From Selaginella moellendorffii (taxonomy: Eukaryota > Plantae > Lycopodiophyta): a DNA stretch of 64,000 nt. Positions 49,801 through 62,099 of this stretch are shown piece by piece. The stretch is taken from contig NW_003314316.1 of assembly GCF_000143415.4 (NCBI RefSeq), positions 750,669 through 814,668 on the forward strand, written 5' to 3'. Each line of letters begins with the position of its first letter. Position 1 is the first letter of the stretch. The notes below the pieces were generated by a model, which saw only the letters and a program-made list of their open reading frames with translations, made no database searches and was not told where the DNA came from. Both the position numbers and the translations under genes were made by a program.

Positions 49801-50460
49801 GCATCACAGTCCCCTCTCTCAAGGACTGGGACATCCGTCCATGAGTGATCATTCCAGGTCCACTCCTTAGCATCCTTAGGATGCCCATAGACATGGGGAA
49901 TAGCCTTCCCCAATATCCCTTTTCTGGTCTTCATCAAGTCCCTTTCTGCCCATGGCCGTGTTCGCCAACACTGCCACTGGATCGAGGCCCACAGGCCTGA
50001 CCACTAAGTCCTACGGTCCTCTGGGATTTCCTAACCACTCGACTGCATCCTTGGTCTCTACACCAGAGGACTACTCCTCTTCCTTTCCACAGTTTGGGCC
50101 TTTGGGACAACATTTCGGAACACCGTGGCCCTACGCGGGCCTCATGGTATTCTCCCCACCTTCCGCCTTTGGGTGCTCTAGCCATGGGCTTAGAGTGAGG
50201 TTCCATTGAGCCACACCAGGTATTCAAGTAGGTAGTGCCACCCACACTTGGACTGGGAGCATCGGCCAGTCGATCTCCCGGGGGAACTAGAGCCGACTCT
50301 TGAACACTTCACCAAGCTACCCCGCTTGTCGGTCCGTATTCACTCTAGTCTTGGACTTCCCGGTGGTCAATTCATCACCCAACACTGGGTATGGCCTTCC
50401 TGGGCCAAACTGGCCTTTCCTGGGCCAAACTGGCCTTTCCTGGCCAAACTGGCTCCACTG

Positions 50461-51124
50461 GGCTCCAATGTCCTATCATATGCCTCGTCGAACCTGAACG
50501 GCTTTCGTCACTTGGCTTTGCACAGCCGGGAAGTTCTCTTCGTTGAGTGTTCTCCCGTCTTCGTAAAAAGCATCATAGTAAAAACCCTACACAAGAAAAT
50601 GTTGCAACTATACCGATCAAATTCACTAAAACAGTACCTCTCCCCTTGTCGTGCAGGGACCAATGCAGAGCTTGCAACCATACGCTTGTTCTAAAGACTG
50701 GAAACTTACAGCACGTTAAATTCTTCCCCTCGAATGAAGAAAAAAAGAAAATGTAGTACCTCGCCAAGGATATGAGCACTCGAGTGCCAGAAAGTATCAC
50801 GACCCTGCTCGTCCTTAAACGCGTAAAGAACAAGCGTGCAATCAAAGGTAACAGTACCTGCGCAATAACATAATCAGCAGCCTTCTTCTTCGAGATTAGC
50901 CTGGCAATGTCCAGTGGAGTCGTGAGAAGCCTTCTTCCGGGGTACACCACTTCCCCATCCTTGCACACAGTCACACTGGACGAGAAAAATGTTGGCTACA
51001 AGCAAGAGATAAATCCGGCCTACTCGATCGGCTGGCCTCCGAGTTCCTCGTTGCGCGCGCGCTCCGACGCCTGTAGCTCGCTGAAGATGCGAATGCGCTT
51101 CTGGATCACCACCGGATCCGCCAT
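50461..51124 (-). pseudogene. 5' fragment of cytosolic threonyl-tRNA synthetase, with introns
   Basis: MADPVVIQKRIRIF; TTPLDIARLISK (TGS domain); GRDTFWHSSAHILG; LEQAYGCKLCIGPCTTRGE|GFYYDAFY; internal deletion near 50820; ends at the LTR junction. Confidence 0.88.
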
Positions 51125-51273
51125 GGCGGAGGTAGCAAAAACCCTAACCCTGAAGTTTCCAAAACCCTTAATTGCTTTCAGCATAACTTTAACTACAAAA
51201 AGGTAACTTTATTATGTTTGGAAGAATTCAAAAGTGCTTCATATAAAGCGACACCTCTGTTTCTTTAATCAAA

Positions 51274-51541
51274 ATGAGTATTTGGGTTTTTTTCCTTTCT
51301 TTAATAATGTTCTCTAATTATGTAAATTGTGATGTAAATTGGGACGCTCTAACACTTATAAATTATATACAGCTAGAAGATATTCACAAAATTGCTTATT
51401 ATTTTAATAAAATGCTAGATGATAAAATAGATATCACACGCAATTACTATGGTGCTCATGCTTGGACAATTACTCAAGCGCTTTCATTTGGTAGATCAGT
51501 TGAGCTTAGTCTTTGGATATATTGTAGAAAACCTGATGGTA
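51274..51541 (+). CDS. N-terminus of a putative secreted protein of unknown function, truncated by the gap
   Basis: MSIWVFFLSLIMFSNYVNC signal-like start, TATAAAG about 30 bp upstream, 89 open codons in AT-rich DNA. Confidence 0.5.
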
Positions 51542-51641
51542 NNNNNNNNNNNNNNNNNNNNNNNNNNNNNNNNNNNNNNNNNNNNNNNNNNNNNNNNNNN
51601 NNNNNNNNNNNNNNNNNNNNNNNNNNNNNNNNNNNNNNNNN
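51542..51641. other. Assembly gap (100 N, true size probably unknown)
   Basis: Exactly 100 N. Confidence 0.99.
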
Positions 51642-54600
51642 TTGCGGATGTCAGTGTTGGATGTTGGATATATGGGCAAAGATGTCAATACTTAAGCATA
51701 TTGTTGGATCATGAAAATTTGTGTTAAAGTGAACCTATGTGAAGTTGTTTGTAGGAGGAAGTTGGTTGAGTCTTGAAAGTTTGCAATCTTGAACTGAGAG
51801 TCATTCTTTCTCTAGGATGGAAAATTTTCCCCACAAATTTTCTTAGGCTTTTCCAATGGCTAATCTGTTGATTACTTTGCTCAAAAACCATTTTGTTTTC
51901 GTAAGCCAATACAAACTAGTGAAAAGGTTGGAGTTGACTTTGGTTAGCTTAGACCTTAGTATGTAATTTGTATGATGTAGCCTAAAAGGGATGTTGATTT
52001 TTGGGGCTAAAGCAATTGAGTTGGATAGAGTTTGGAGTTGGTATAGAAAAGTGGCCATTGCACTTTTCTAAGAAAAGTGATCCTTGTGCCTTTCTTTTAT
52101 AGCGTTCTGCTTGGTGGCAGGTTGCACTTTGCATTTCATTAAAACTCTATGAGAATAGTGAGCTCTCATTGATCTTGACTTGGTTTTGGTAGCCTTGTGC
52201 CTTAGCTAAGGATAGTGATGTCCAACTTAGTTGTTTAAGGTTGAGATGTTGGTACTCGTACTATAGCTTTGTTTATGAGAAGGTTGTGTACCAATATAAA
52301 TCCATCTCATGGTTTTCACTTTAGTTTTGACTAAGTGTTGATCATGTATAGCTAACCTCTTCAAGGCATGCTTAGAACTGTTAGCTAAATGCATTAGTGA
52401 GCTTACTGCGGTTGAGTTGGATTCGAGTGGTCATTTAGTTTATGCTTGTCCATGAACCTTTATCTTAATTTGGGATATTACATTCATGTTGGCCAAGTAT
52501 ATGACTCAATAACATGAGCTTAGTGTTTGGGTCTTGAGAAGGCAAGTTGAAGAGTGATTGTTAGTTGTTTTGTAACTAGAGATTGCTTGTAGGCTTTGTC
52601 GAAAACTGTTGACACTTGCTTCACTCATTTAGCAGTGATAGGTTTACTTTACCAAATGGTGTTGCGAAGGATCATGTTGTTAGTTTTACATAGGTTTTCT
52701 ATGTTGGCATGACGATTCTACCTTTGTTGATATCATTTGGTTGCGTTTAGCTCGTAATATTGGATTACATTGAGTTTTGGATGTGGTGAATCACTCATTA
52801 ATGACGTGTTATCTATAGTTGAGTATTGTTGAAGGTTTAGTCTCAGATACTGAATAAGGTATCTTTGACTTTGGTTAGCTTGGGTTGCTAAAGAGTTTTG
52901 GGTGGTGATTCACTTGTGCTTTCTTCTAACTTTGTTATGGTGTTGATGACATTGAAGTGATGCCTTGCTGTTAATATTATTAATGTTGAGACTCGAGTGA
53001 AATGAAATGTCTTTCTGTAAGATTGATATTGAGTTTCATTAGTCTTGATAAAGATAGTGTTGATGATTTGGTTGTAGCTTTATATTGTTAACATTCGTGC
53101 ATTTGCTAATTAGCAACTGTATTAACGTTCAAATGAACTACGTGGCAAGTTGAGTTAGTTGTGTTCTAGACGCAATTGCTTAGTCAAGGTTGAGTTTCGA
53201 GCTTTTCCTTGAAAAGTGATTTAGTCGTGAACTATACTAGCCTTACGAGAAGAAGAGTTAGTGATTGATATTGGAATATTTGAATCCTTATTGGATTTGA
53301 GTTGGGATGTATCAATCATTGATGATTCTTCTTGTGCTTGTTATGAAATGAGTTATGTCTTGCTATAGATGGATTCATGGAGGATCGTTTGGTGATCACT
53401 TGCTAAACATACCTCTATTCTGCTTAGCTTTTGGATTGATGTAGATGTGCTTTTCATTAGCTTTGCATTATGAAGTTTAGTTTATGGATGTGTTAAGGAG
53501 GATATTATGGATTGTGCCATGATTTCTTCTTTAGTATTGAAATTAGTTCATGCAAGACTTGTGATCATTGTTAGGCACAGCTTGGCTATAAACTTCTTCG
53601 AGTTTTTGGTTCTTTGAGTTTTATATTCATTGTTCCATTTATTAAAAGTTGTTGGGGAGGCAATTTGGCTTATTAGCTTCGATGTTAAAGTTGGCTCTTG
53701 CATCTAACAATCATTGGTGATGATTGATTATCATCTAGGATAGTTAATTATCCTTGTTAAAAAGGTTTTGCTTGATTGTTATTGATATCAAATGATTCGT
53801 TGTTCTATGGGATGGTGGATTCTTTATTCAATGATAATTATGCATCTCTTCATTGATAGGATGATTGATGATCTTTTATGATAGTTAGTTATGCTATTTG
53901 ATGGATTTTGGCTTTTCACAATACCATATGTTCTTTGTGGTTTGCTTTGGATTGGTTTTTTGGGTTTGAGACATCAGTAGGATGTTACTAACACTTGATT
54001 AAGCAACTTGAGTTCCTTGGTGTTATTGGCTAGGATCTATCCGGATTGGCTAATGCGATAATTGGCATGAATGAATGTTTGTTGGTTTTATCGCATTCAT
54101 TTTATTCTGTTGATTGTTGCTTAAGTTTATTCTGATAGATTGGAATGTTATTCCTTCGGGTGATCCATTCGCGAGCATTTTTCTTGTCAATCAATAATAC
54201 TTTGTGTTCTTCGAGTTATTTATAAATTGTTTGGCATTCTATCTACAATCTTCAATGGTTAAGTTTTCTCATTGAGTTTACTTGATGATATACTTGCTAT
54301 TGAATTTTGTTGGATGGGGAATCCTGTGTTTATCAATTATGATGATCTTAGTGGTTCCTATCTACTATAATACTGGTTTATCGGATGATAACTTACTTGG
54401 AATACTTTTGTGTTCTAATCTAAGATATATTCATAATAATTAAGTCTCTAAGATATCATTGTTTATGACTTTGATATTGTCCATCCATTGATCTTTGAGT
54501 TTAGGCCAGTATAGGTAGACTAACTTCGGCATTTCGTGTGCATGGTGAAATCTCTAGTCATGGGGTAGCTACTGTCGACTGGTCACATAACCCGCCTCTC

Positions 54601-55370
54601 TGTCCATGTTCCTTATTCCGTGAAAGGGCATGACCATATAAACAACTTTAATTGCCTGTTTACAATAATCTATCTAAACCTTACTAATAGGTTTGGTTTC
54701 TTTGCTCAGGAGGGTTGGGGCCTCTGGCTTCTCTCTCTATGTTCCTCCGGGTAAGGGCATATCACACTTTTATAAACTGAGTGACACCCAGAGTAGCAAG
54801 GGTGGCTAACTCCCTTAGCCATTTTCTTGTCGGCGATGGCTAGAACGTGTCTGAGCTGGTAGCACATCTGCGTTAGACAAAGAGGTTACCCTAACTCATT
54901 TAAGTTAATGCATTTCTCACATAGTGTGAATACCGTGAACTTTTTCTAGAGTTGTTTCCTTGGTGGTATTCTAGACTCGAGTATGCATCGACGAGGATGT
55001 CAATATTCCCTAGGGGGGGAGAGTGTTGCAAATGTGACTTCGGGTATCGAAAGTTACCTATTGGCTAGTCCTTTTGGATATTCTTTCCTTACTGCCACGA
55101 TGGTAGAAGGTCAGTATTGTTGGACCCATTATCAATTCCCACTTGAGCTAGTTGAGAAACTAATCAATGACTGTGCACTTAAATCGGATAAACATAAGGT
55201 AGGAACTCCTATGTGTTTCTTGCTGAGCATACTCAGCCTGGTTTGAGAAACTCCTGTCATTGGCTTGCACTTGCTAGTATCAAGAACCCCCGTGATATTG
55301 AGCTTGGTCCCTCAATATCGTTGGATGATAGCTTACCGTGTCTGCCAAACACCTGTAAGCTCCTGAGTTT

Positions 55371-55426
55371 GGACTTCCCGGGAGGTCACCCAGCCCAGTA
55401 CTATTCAAACCCAAGGACGCTTAACT
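55371..55426 (-). promoter_or_regulatory. 5S rRNA-derived Pol III internal promoter (A box, IE, C box) in the left LTR
   Basis: Minus strand reads AGTTAAGCGTCCTTGGGTTTGAATAGTACTGGGCTGGGTGACCTCCCGGGAAGTCC, matching the 3' half of plant 5S rRNA. Confidence 0.9.
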
Positions 55427-55802
55427 CCAACTATCCCAAGACCCTTAACCGTTTGGAAAAGGGGGTGCACTCTTGTTCATGGGCCCTTTCCCTCTATATT
55501 TGAACCCCATGGATCGTCTCTCGAGTCGTTCCCTTTGGTTGCTTACAATCCACCACGCTTCCCTGCAAGTTCATGCCCTCGTGAACGGAAGCTGAGAGCC
55601 GCAGCTCTCCCTCGTGAACGGAAGCTGAGAGCCGCAGCTCTCCCGAGAGCCTCGCTCTCTTGACACCCTACCCCTCGGGTCGAGCCCAGCGGGAGCAAAC
55701 TGGACCAGCCAGATGTCAATCAACATGTGGTGTGATTCCCTTAGCCAACCAACAGAGTCGGACCCGAGACCGCTCTGATACCAAATGTAAGCTCCTGAGT
55801 TT

Positions 55803-55858
55803 GGACTTCCCGGGAGGTCACCCAGCCCAGTACTATTCAAACCCAAGGACGCTTAACT
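55803..55858 (-). promoter_or_regulatory. 5S rRNA-derived Pol III internal promoter in the right LTR
   Basis: Same sequence as 55371-55426. Confidence 0.9.
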
Positions 55859-56754
55859 CCAACTATCCCAAGACCCTTAACCGTTTGGAAAAGGGGGTGC
55901 ACTCTTGTTCATGGGCCCTTTCCCTCTATATTTGAACCCCATGGATCGTCTCTCGAGTCGTTCCCTTTGGTTGCTTACAACACCCTTGCTATCATGTCCT
56001 TTGTGTTAGTCTCATTTCGGTCCCAAATGCTATTTATGGAAAGTGCCTAGATTTGCTCATTTGGCATATCTACAAAATGTAGAGATCGGCCTGAACACAA
56101 TGGTGTTCATTCCATGTCCAAATTCATAATTTAATGCCATTCCATATTTAGTAAGTTTCGAGCTTATCCCAAAGACTAACTCCTGATACTAAGGGAAGCT
56201 TGGGGTGAAAGCCCAAATCGTGTGTTCCTCAAAGAGGGGGGGGGTGGAGCGACCAACCTGAGGCATAGTTTAGCTTTTGTTTGCGTGCCTGTCCTTGTTT
56301 TGCGTCTAGCTTGGGTCTAACCCCAAGTTCCATTCCATGCTAGATGGTGGAGTACCCATGTCCTTGCGTTAGGCCACTGGTATGCCGAAATAGCGCTAGA
56401 CTCTGTTTGGCTCCGTTTTGCGTGTTGGTCCTGGCTTTGGGATGCTGGTGACTCTAGGACTATTCCAAGTCGCTCCGGGCTCCTGTCCCTTCGCTCCTTG
56501 GGCTATATGCTCGGGAGTCATTCCGTGCTCCAGTGCTAATGCTCCTTGGCTCTATGTTTGGGAGCTTGGCACCGTTCCTTCATTCAGTGGCCTAAGGCCC
56601 TGAACCTTGGGTTCCATGTCACTATCCTTTGGACACGTGGCATATGACACGTGGTGTGTGTCACATGGCATAAAGAGGGTTTAGGTTCTGCTTCTTGGTG
56701 TTATCCTATGGTAAATCACCATAGGATAAAGGGTAAAAACCATGTACGCTACAT

Positions 56755-59270
56755 AAGATCCAATGTGAAGCCAAAACATTAACAAGAAAAATGACATGGA
56801 AAATCAAACTCTAATGAAAATTCCTCATCATACGAAATAACAATGCCACTTCCACTAATACAAGTGTTAGTGATGTCAATACCTCAACTACACACCTTCT
56901 CCATTCAACAATCTAATCCAAATGTTAACGGATAAACTGACAAGCCATAGCAAGTGAATGTTATAACCTTTTCCAACACTTCAATGGGCAAACTTCCAAG
57001 AAATAAGAAACCAACTTAAGCTTCTCCATCAACCACTTTGGGGTTGATCATTGTTTAACCAAGTAACTTCGTAAACACATTGCTCACTATCACATGGATA
57101 TAATATAAAATCACAATGATTTGATCATTAATCAAGCAACACCATGAGCAAGCTCATATTATTACTTCAAAAGTTTACGTAAGTATTAAGTGCCAACTCG
57201 ATTCGACAAAATGTAACATAAATACCACACTCCACCAATAGAGATTTACGACACCCAACACCAACTTTTGTTCACAACATGAATAAGCTTATGCCATTCT
57301 CTTTTCGACCAAACTCAAAATTAATCCAACACTAAGTTACTCAAGGAGAAATAGCAAGGTTCCTTGGAAAAGAATTGAGCATTGCAACCCAAATCTTCCA
57401 ATAGTGAGCATAGACAAAAATTGTATAGCATTTCACTGCTATCCATTCCACAACTCACTACTTGTAAGACCACCATAATCAACATGCATCAAGGTAGAAA
57501 CTCTTGATTGCATACTATGAACACGAGTAATCAGTTAACACCTTGTTACAAATTATTTCTCCAAAAAGAGAAAATGATTTACGTGTTTGATCTTTCCTCT
57601 TTGACGACTCCCTTTTCGGTTTTATCTTTGACCAAACCTCAAGCTTGTTTTTGCACTGCCTTCAGTTTAATTTAAGAAAAGTTTATGAGAGAGCATAGCA
57701 ATGACTACATGAACCAATAGACTAATCATTATAGTCTTGATTAATCCACTTGTAATCATACCTAGGAAGGATCTATTAGTGCCGGGCTAAATAGCTATGG
57801 ACCAGCCTATTTGCCACTCATAGCAAACCTAGGGAATGTTCACTTTCACCCACGGTATATGGAACAACTCATGAAACCATTGATAGGCTAAGATTAATCC
57901 TACCAACTCAAAATGTAACCTTAAGTTGTTAATGCACCTTACTCATGAGCCCAAACGCAAACCATGCAAATAGAACAACTCAATCCCTCTTATGAGCCTA
58001 AGAGCAAGCTCATATGGCATAGACAAAAAGGTAACCAAATCCGTACCTAAGGGACCATTGCAAAGCCTTTGCACCCAAACATGTACCCACTCAGATCATT
58101 GTTTTCATCTCTGTGTATGCAACGAAACTAATTGCCCAATCTTATTGGATAGTACTCGCCGAGACTCATGCTCTGAGACCAAATATAGCGCATGTGGTTT
58201 TTACCCTTTATCCTATGGTGATTTACCATATAATAACCACGAAGTGGAACCTAAACCCTCCATATACCACATGTCACATGCCACATGTCCAAAGGACAAT
58301 GGTGTGGAACCCAAGTTTTAGGGCCTTGGGCCACTGAACAAAAGAATAGTGCCAAACTCCCAAGCATGGAGCCAATGAGCAATAGCACTAGAGCATGGAA
58401 TGACTCTCGAGTGTACAGCCCAAAAAGCTAAGAGATAGGAGCACGAAATGACATGGAACAATCCTAGAGCATCCAACATCCCAATGCTAGGGATAGCACG
58501 CAAAACGAAGCCAAACAGAGTTTGGCACTATTCAGCATACCGGTGGCCTAACACGAGGATATGGGTACTCCATCAACTAGTATGGTGTGGAACTTAGGCT
58601 TAGACCTAAGCCGAATGCAGAACAAGGACAGACACACAAGCAGAAGCTAGATTATACCTCAAGTTGGTTGGCCATGCCTAACTTACCCATTATCCCTACT
58701 ATACATTTGGAACCCCCCATAGCCACCCCCCCCCCCCTTGAGGAACACACACTTTGGGCTTTCACCCTAAGCCTCCCGTAGTATCAGGAGTTAGTCTTTG
58801 GGACAAGCTCGAAACTTATTAAATATGGAATATCCCTAGATTGTGAATTTGGACATAGGACGAACACTATCATGTTCAAGACAATTTCTACATTCCATAG
58901 ATATGCCAAATGAGCAAATCTAGACACTTTCTATAAATAGCATTTAGGACCGAAATGAGATTAACACAAAGGGCATGATAGGGAGGGTGTTTGGTAAACA
59001 CGGTAAGCTATCATTTACCAAATATTGAGGGACCAATCTCAATATCACAGGGGTTCTTGATACTAGCAAGTGCAAGCTAATGACACGAGTTTCTCAAACC
59101 AGGCTAAGTATGCTCAACAAAAAACATATAGAGTTCCTACCTTATGTTTATCCAATTTAAGTGCATGGTCATTAACTAATTTCTTAACTAGCTCAAGTGG
59201 GAACTGATAACGAGTCCAACAATACCAACCTCTTGCCATCGTAGTAGTTAAGAAAGGATATCCAAAGTCC
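56755..59270 (-). mobile_element. Copia family B: gag relic, PBS and 5' LTR (58184-~59270)
   Basis: PBS complement CTGAGACCAAA before the LTR; LTR is a direct repeat of 36486-37600. Confidence 0.82.
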
Positions 59271-60531
59271 TATAACCACACTTTAACATCCTTAAGATGG
59301 CCGGAAACATGGGGGAATACCCTTCCCCAATATCCTTTCTTTAGTCCCTACCAAATCCCTCTCTATCCTTGGCAATGCTTGCTAACACTGCTATTGGGTC
59401 TAGCCCCAAAGCCCTAGCATGACCATTAAGTCCTAGTGACATATAGGACTTCCTCATCACACGACTGTATCCTTGGTATCTATACAAGAGGACTTCTTGT
59501 CTTCTTGTCCACACTAGGACCTTGGGATAACATTTCAAAACACTGTGGCCCTACATGAGCCTCGTGGGTACTTTCCCCACCTTCTCCTTTGGGTGCCCTA
59601 GCCATGTGGTTAGAACAAGGTTTCAATAAACCACATTGAGTATCCAAGTAAATATGTCACCCACACTTAGATTGAGAGTATTAACCATTCAATTTTTTGT
59701 GGGAGCTAAAGCCGACTTTTGAACATTTCATCAAACTACCCTGCTTGTCTATTTGTATTCACTCTAGCCTTGGACTCCTCAATGGTTATATCATCACCCA
59801 ATACATGGGTATAGCCTTCCTTAGTGATATTGGCCTTTCCTGGCTAAACTGGCACTACTGGAATCCTCCCCCTACTATACTTTTGGAGCTCATTAAACCC
59901 CCTAGGGTCTAGGAGATGAATGCTTTGGGCTTTCACTTTTGGACTTGGACTCAATTTCGGTCTTGGTCTCAATCTTGGTTTCGGTTTCGGTTTCGGTCTT
60001 GGTCTCTTTTTTGGCCTTAACTTTGGATTTTATCTTAGGTCCATCTCAAACTTGACCTTGAACTCCATCTTGGACTCCATTTCGAACCCATTTCAGACTC
60101 TATCTCGGACTCCATCTCGGATCCATCTCGGACTCTATCTTAGGTCCATCTCAGATCCATCTTGAGCTCCACCTCGGACTCAAGTCCATCTCGAGTCCAT
60201 GTTGAACTCCATTTGGGACTCCATCTCGAGTCTATATCAGGCTCCATCTTGGACTTTGTCTCGGGTTCATCTGGGACTCTTTTTTAGACTCCATCTCGAC
60301 ACTTCCACATGTCATATATTGGTCCTTTTGTGTCCTTTTTCTAGAGACTCACTTACTACTTGTTTTATGCTTGTTTCTTAAGCACTTCATTGAGGGTTCC
60401 ACTTCTACTCTCGACTATCCAAATTGGAGCTTTTAGTCTAAATGTGTTATACTCATTTAGATTTTGCTTCGGCCACTATTATATGGCCCTTTTTCGACTC
60501 TATTTTGGGGCTTAGAGATTTGTGTCTCATA
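59271..60531 (-). mobile_element. Old truncated LTR of family A with decayed array
   Basis: Colinear with ~10375-11852, including CCATCTCGGACT relics and the end TGTGTCTCATA; heavy C>T/G>A decay. Confidence 0.85.
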
Positions 60532-60541
60532 TTTAAGTAAT

Positions 60542-60705
60542 TATAAGCAACCAAAAAGAACAACTTGAAATATGATTTAGAAAGGTTTAAATATAAAGGG
60601 AAAGAGCCTATGAACAAAAATACACCCCCATTCCTAATCAAGGGTTTTAGAATACTTGAGGTTTAAATAATATTGGGATAGGAAGTCCAGATTCATGAGC
60701 TTATA
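60542..60705 (+). mobile_element. Decayed Cassandra solo LTR
   Basis: TATAAGCAACCAAA..AAAGGGAAAGAGCCTATGAACAA..GGAAGTCCAGATTCATGAGCTTATA. Confidence 0.78.
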
Positions 60706-61759
60706 ATAAGGTCTATAAATAAATAAATAAACAAATATACACACACACATATGTAATATTATAATTATAGTATGGACCATTTATTTAAGATTGAATTTGG
60801 TCCATCCATCTTTGTATATAAACAAGTGTCTAACTTCAACTAATATACTTATTCTTATATCCCAAGCCATCCTATTGTGTATATCCAATAAAGATGAACT
60901 ACTCTATAATAGAAAAGGAGTGTCTAGCAATAGTTCAAGAAACTTCATGCGTACTTGTATAACACTACTAGAAAGTGATTATGTTACACTTATTTCATTA
61001 TTGAAGTAGAAGAATTTGGTTTGTTGTATTATTTAGTGGGCTTTGAAGTTTCAAATATATAACTTTGAAGTTGTTTATTGCTTATAAAGTTCTATAGCTA
61101 TCTTAAGTTCCTTTCCCTTTTTTACTCTCTTCTTAAATTCCTAATGAATTTATTATTCCAATATGAGTGGATTTTTGGACAAATATTTTGTGCTGTCAAT
61201 AGTAGCTATACTTGATATTTAGAATTCACAAGGTGTGTAGCTATATTTACTTTCTCTTGATAAAGTTGGTGAAGCTCAAAATGTTGAGTCTTAAATCTCA
61301 AGGCTTTATAATGGTGTAAGCCACAAATTTTCCTTTTCGAATTTACTAGCTTATTTAGTCTATCCAACCACCTCTACTTTAGCAGTTCCTTTGCCAAAGT
61401 TTATAGTTATTATACTAACTTCTACTTGGTCTTACTTAAGTTTAGCTATTCATTATATGAGCAATAGGGTGTTAGCCATCTCTTCACAGATTCCTAAACT
61501 CTCTCTCAATCCCCCTCTTTAAGTTACATTTGACTTAAAATTCAGTTACACTCCTCACAATCAAAAGTAACCAAACATACCAAGCCTCTACATTTTTAAC
61601 ATCCCATAATACAATAAAACTTATTTATAGGACCCTTTGAATCCCAAGCTTTAGGTGCATTTTTAAGTTTAGGACTTCAAGGGGAAATACCATGGTTTAA
61701 CAACTCAGTATAAGTGCCCCACCTCTATCCTAAAGAGAAGGCCCAAACCCCTAGAAAAG

Positions 61760-61896
61760 TAATAAATCAAAAGAAGATCTATAAAGGTTCATATATAAAT
61801 AGAAAGGGCTCATAAACAAGAGTGCATCCCTTAAAGATTTTAAGATATTTTGGGTTAAGTATTCTTGAATAGTATTTTCAAATTTCATGAGCTTAT
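61760..61896 (+). mobile_element. Decayed Cassandra solo LTR
   Basis: GAAAGGGCTCATAAACAAGAGTGCATCCC..GTTAAGT..TGAATAGTA..GAGCTTATA. Confidence 0.68.
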
Positions 61897-62099
61897 AAAT
61901 AATTTGAGAATTTTGCATCACTTAATGATGATTTGGTATTTCAACATTTTATATTTTTAATATTGTATTGAGAATGATCCTTTTTACTTTGTGAGGATTG
62001 ATCCGGAAGATCATTTTTAGCTAAAAGGGCCTTTTAAAATTATTCCATACTTTCTTTACTCTTCTATTCTAAGTGGGCATAAGAGGCATCAATATATGA

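Larger units (their letters stand above)
42898..50460 (-). mobile_element. Copia-derived family A copy 2 (right LTR truncated)
   Basis: LTR 42898-44608 (with N gap and array 43878-44377); internal region colinear with 11853-15910; PBS; LTR starts 49527 and is truncated near 50460. Confidence 0.9.
55354..55979 (-). mobile_element. Intact Cassandra-type TRIM (5S rRNA-derived LTRs)
   Basis: 194-bp LTRs at 55354-55547 and 55786-55979, identical by eye, TGTAAGC..GCTTACA; TSD ACACC; PBS TGGTATCAGAGC; 238-bp non-coding core; 5S-like segment in each LTR. Confidence 0.95.
51642..56754 (+). mobile_element. Degenerate Copia family B: pol relic plus 3' LTR (55024-56754)
   Basis: RNaseH-like SDTQS (cf. 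DNQSA) near 54780; PPT AGGGGGGAGAG before TGTTG; LTR ends CGCTACA; LTR interrupted by the Cassandra element. Confidence 0.82.

Noticed and set aside
51642-51727. ORF continuations across the 100-N gap
   Set aside because: Frame across a gap of unknown size is meaningless; downstream sequence runs into Copia relic.
55371-55426. Genuine 5S rRNA gene
   Set aside because: Only ~56 nt of the 3' half; no 5' end or oligo-T terminator; embedded in LTRs.
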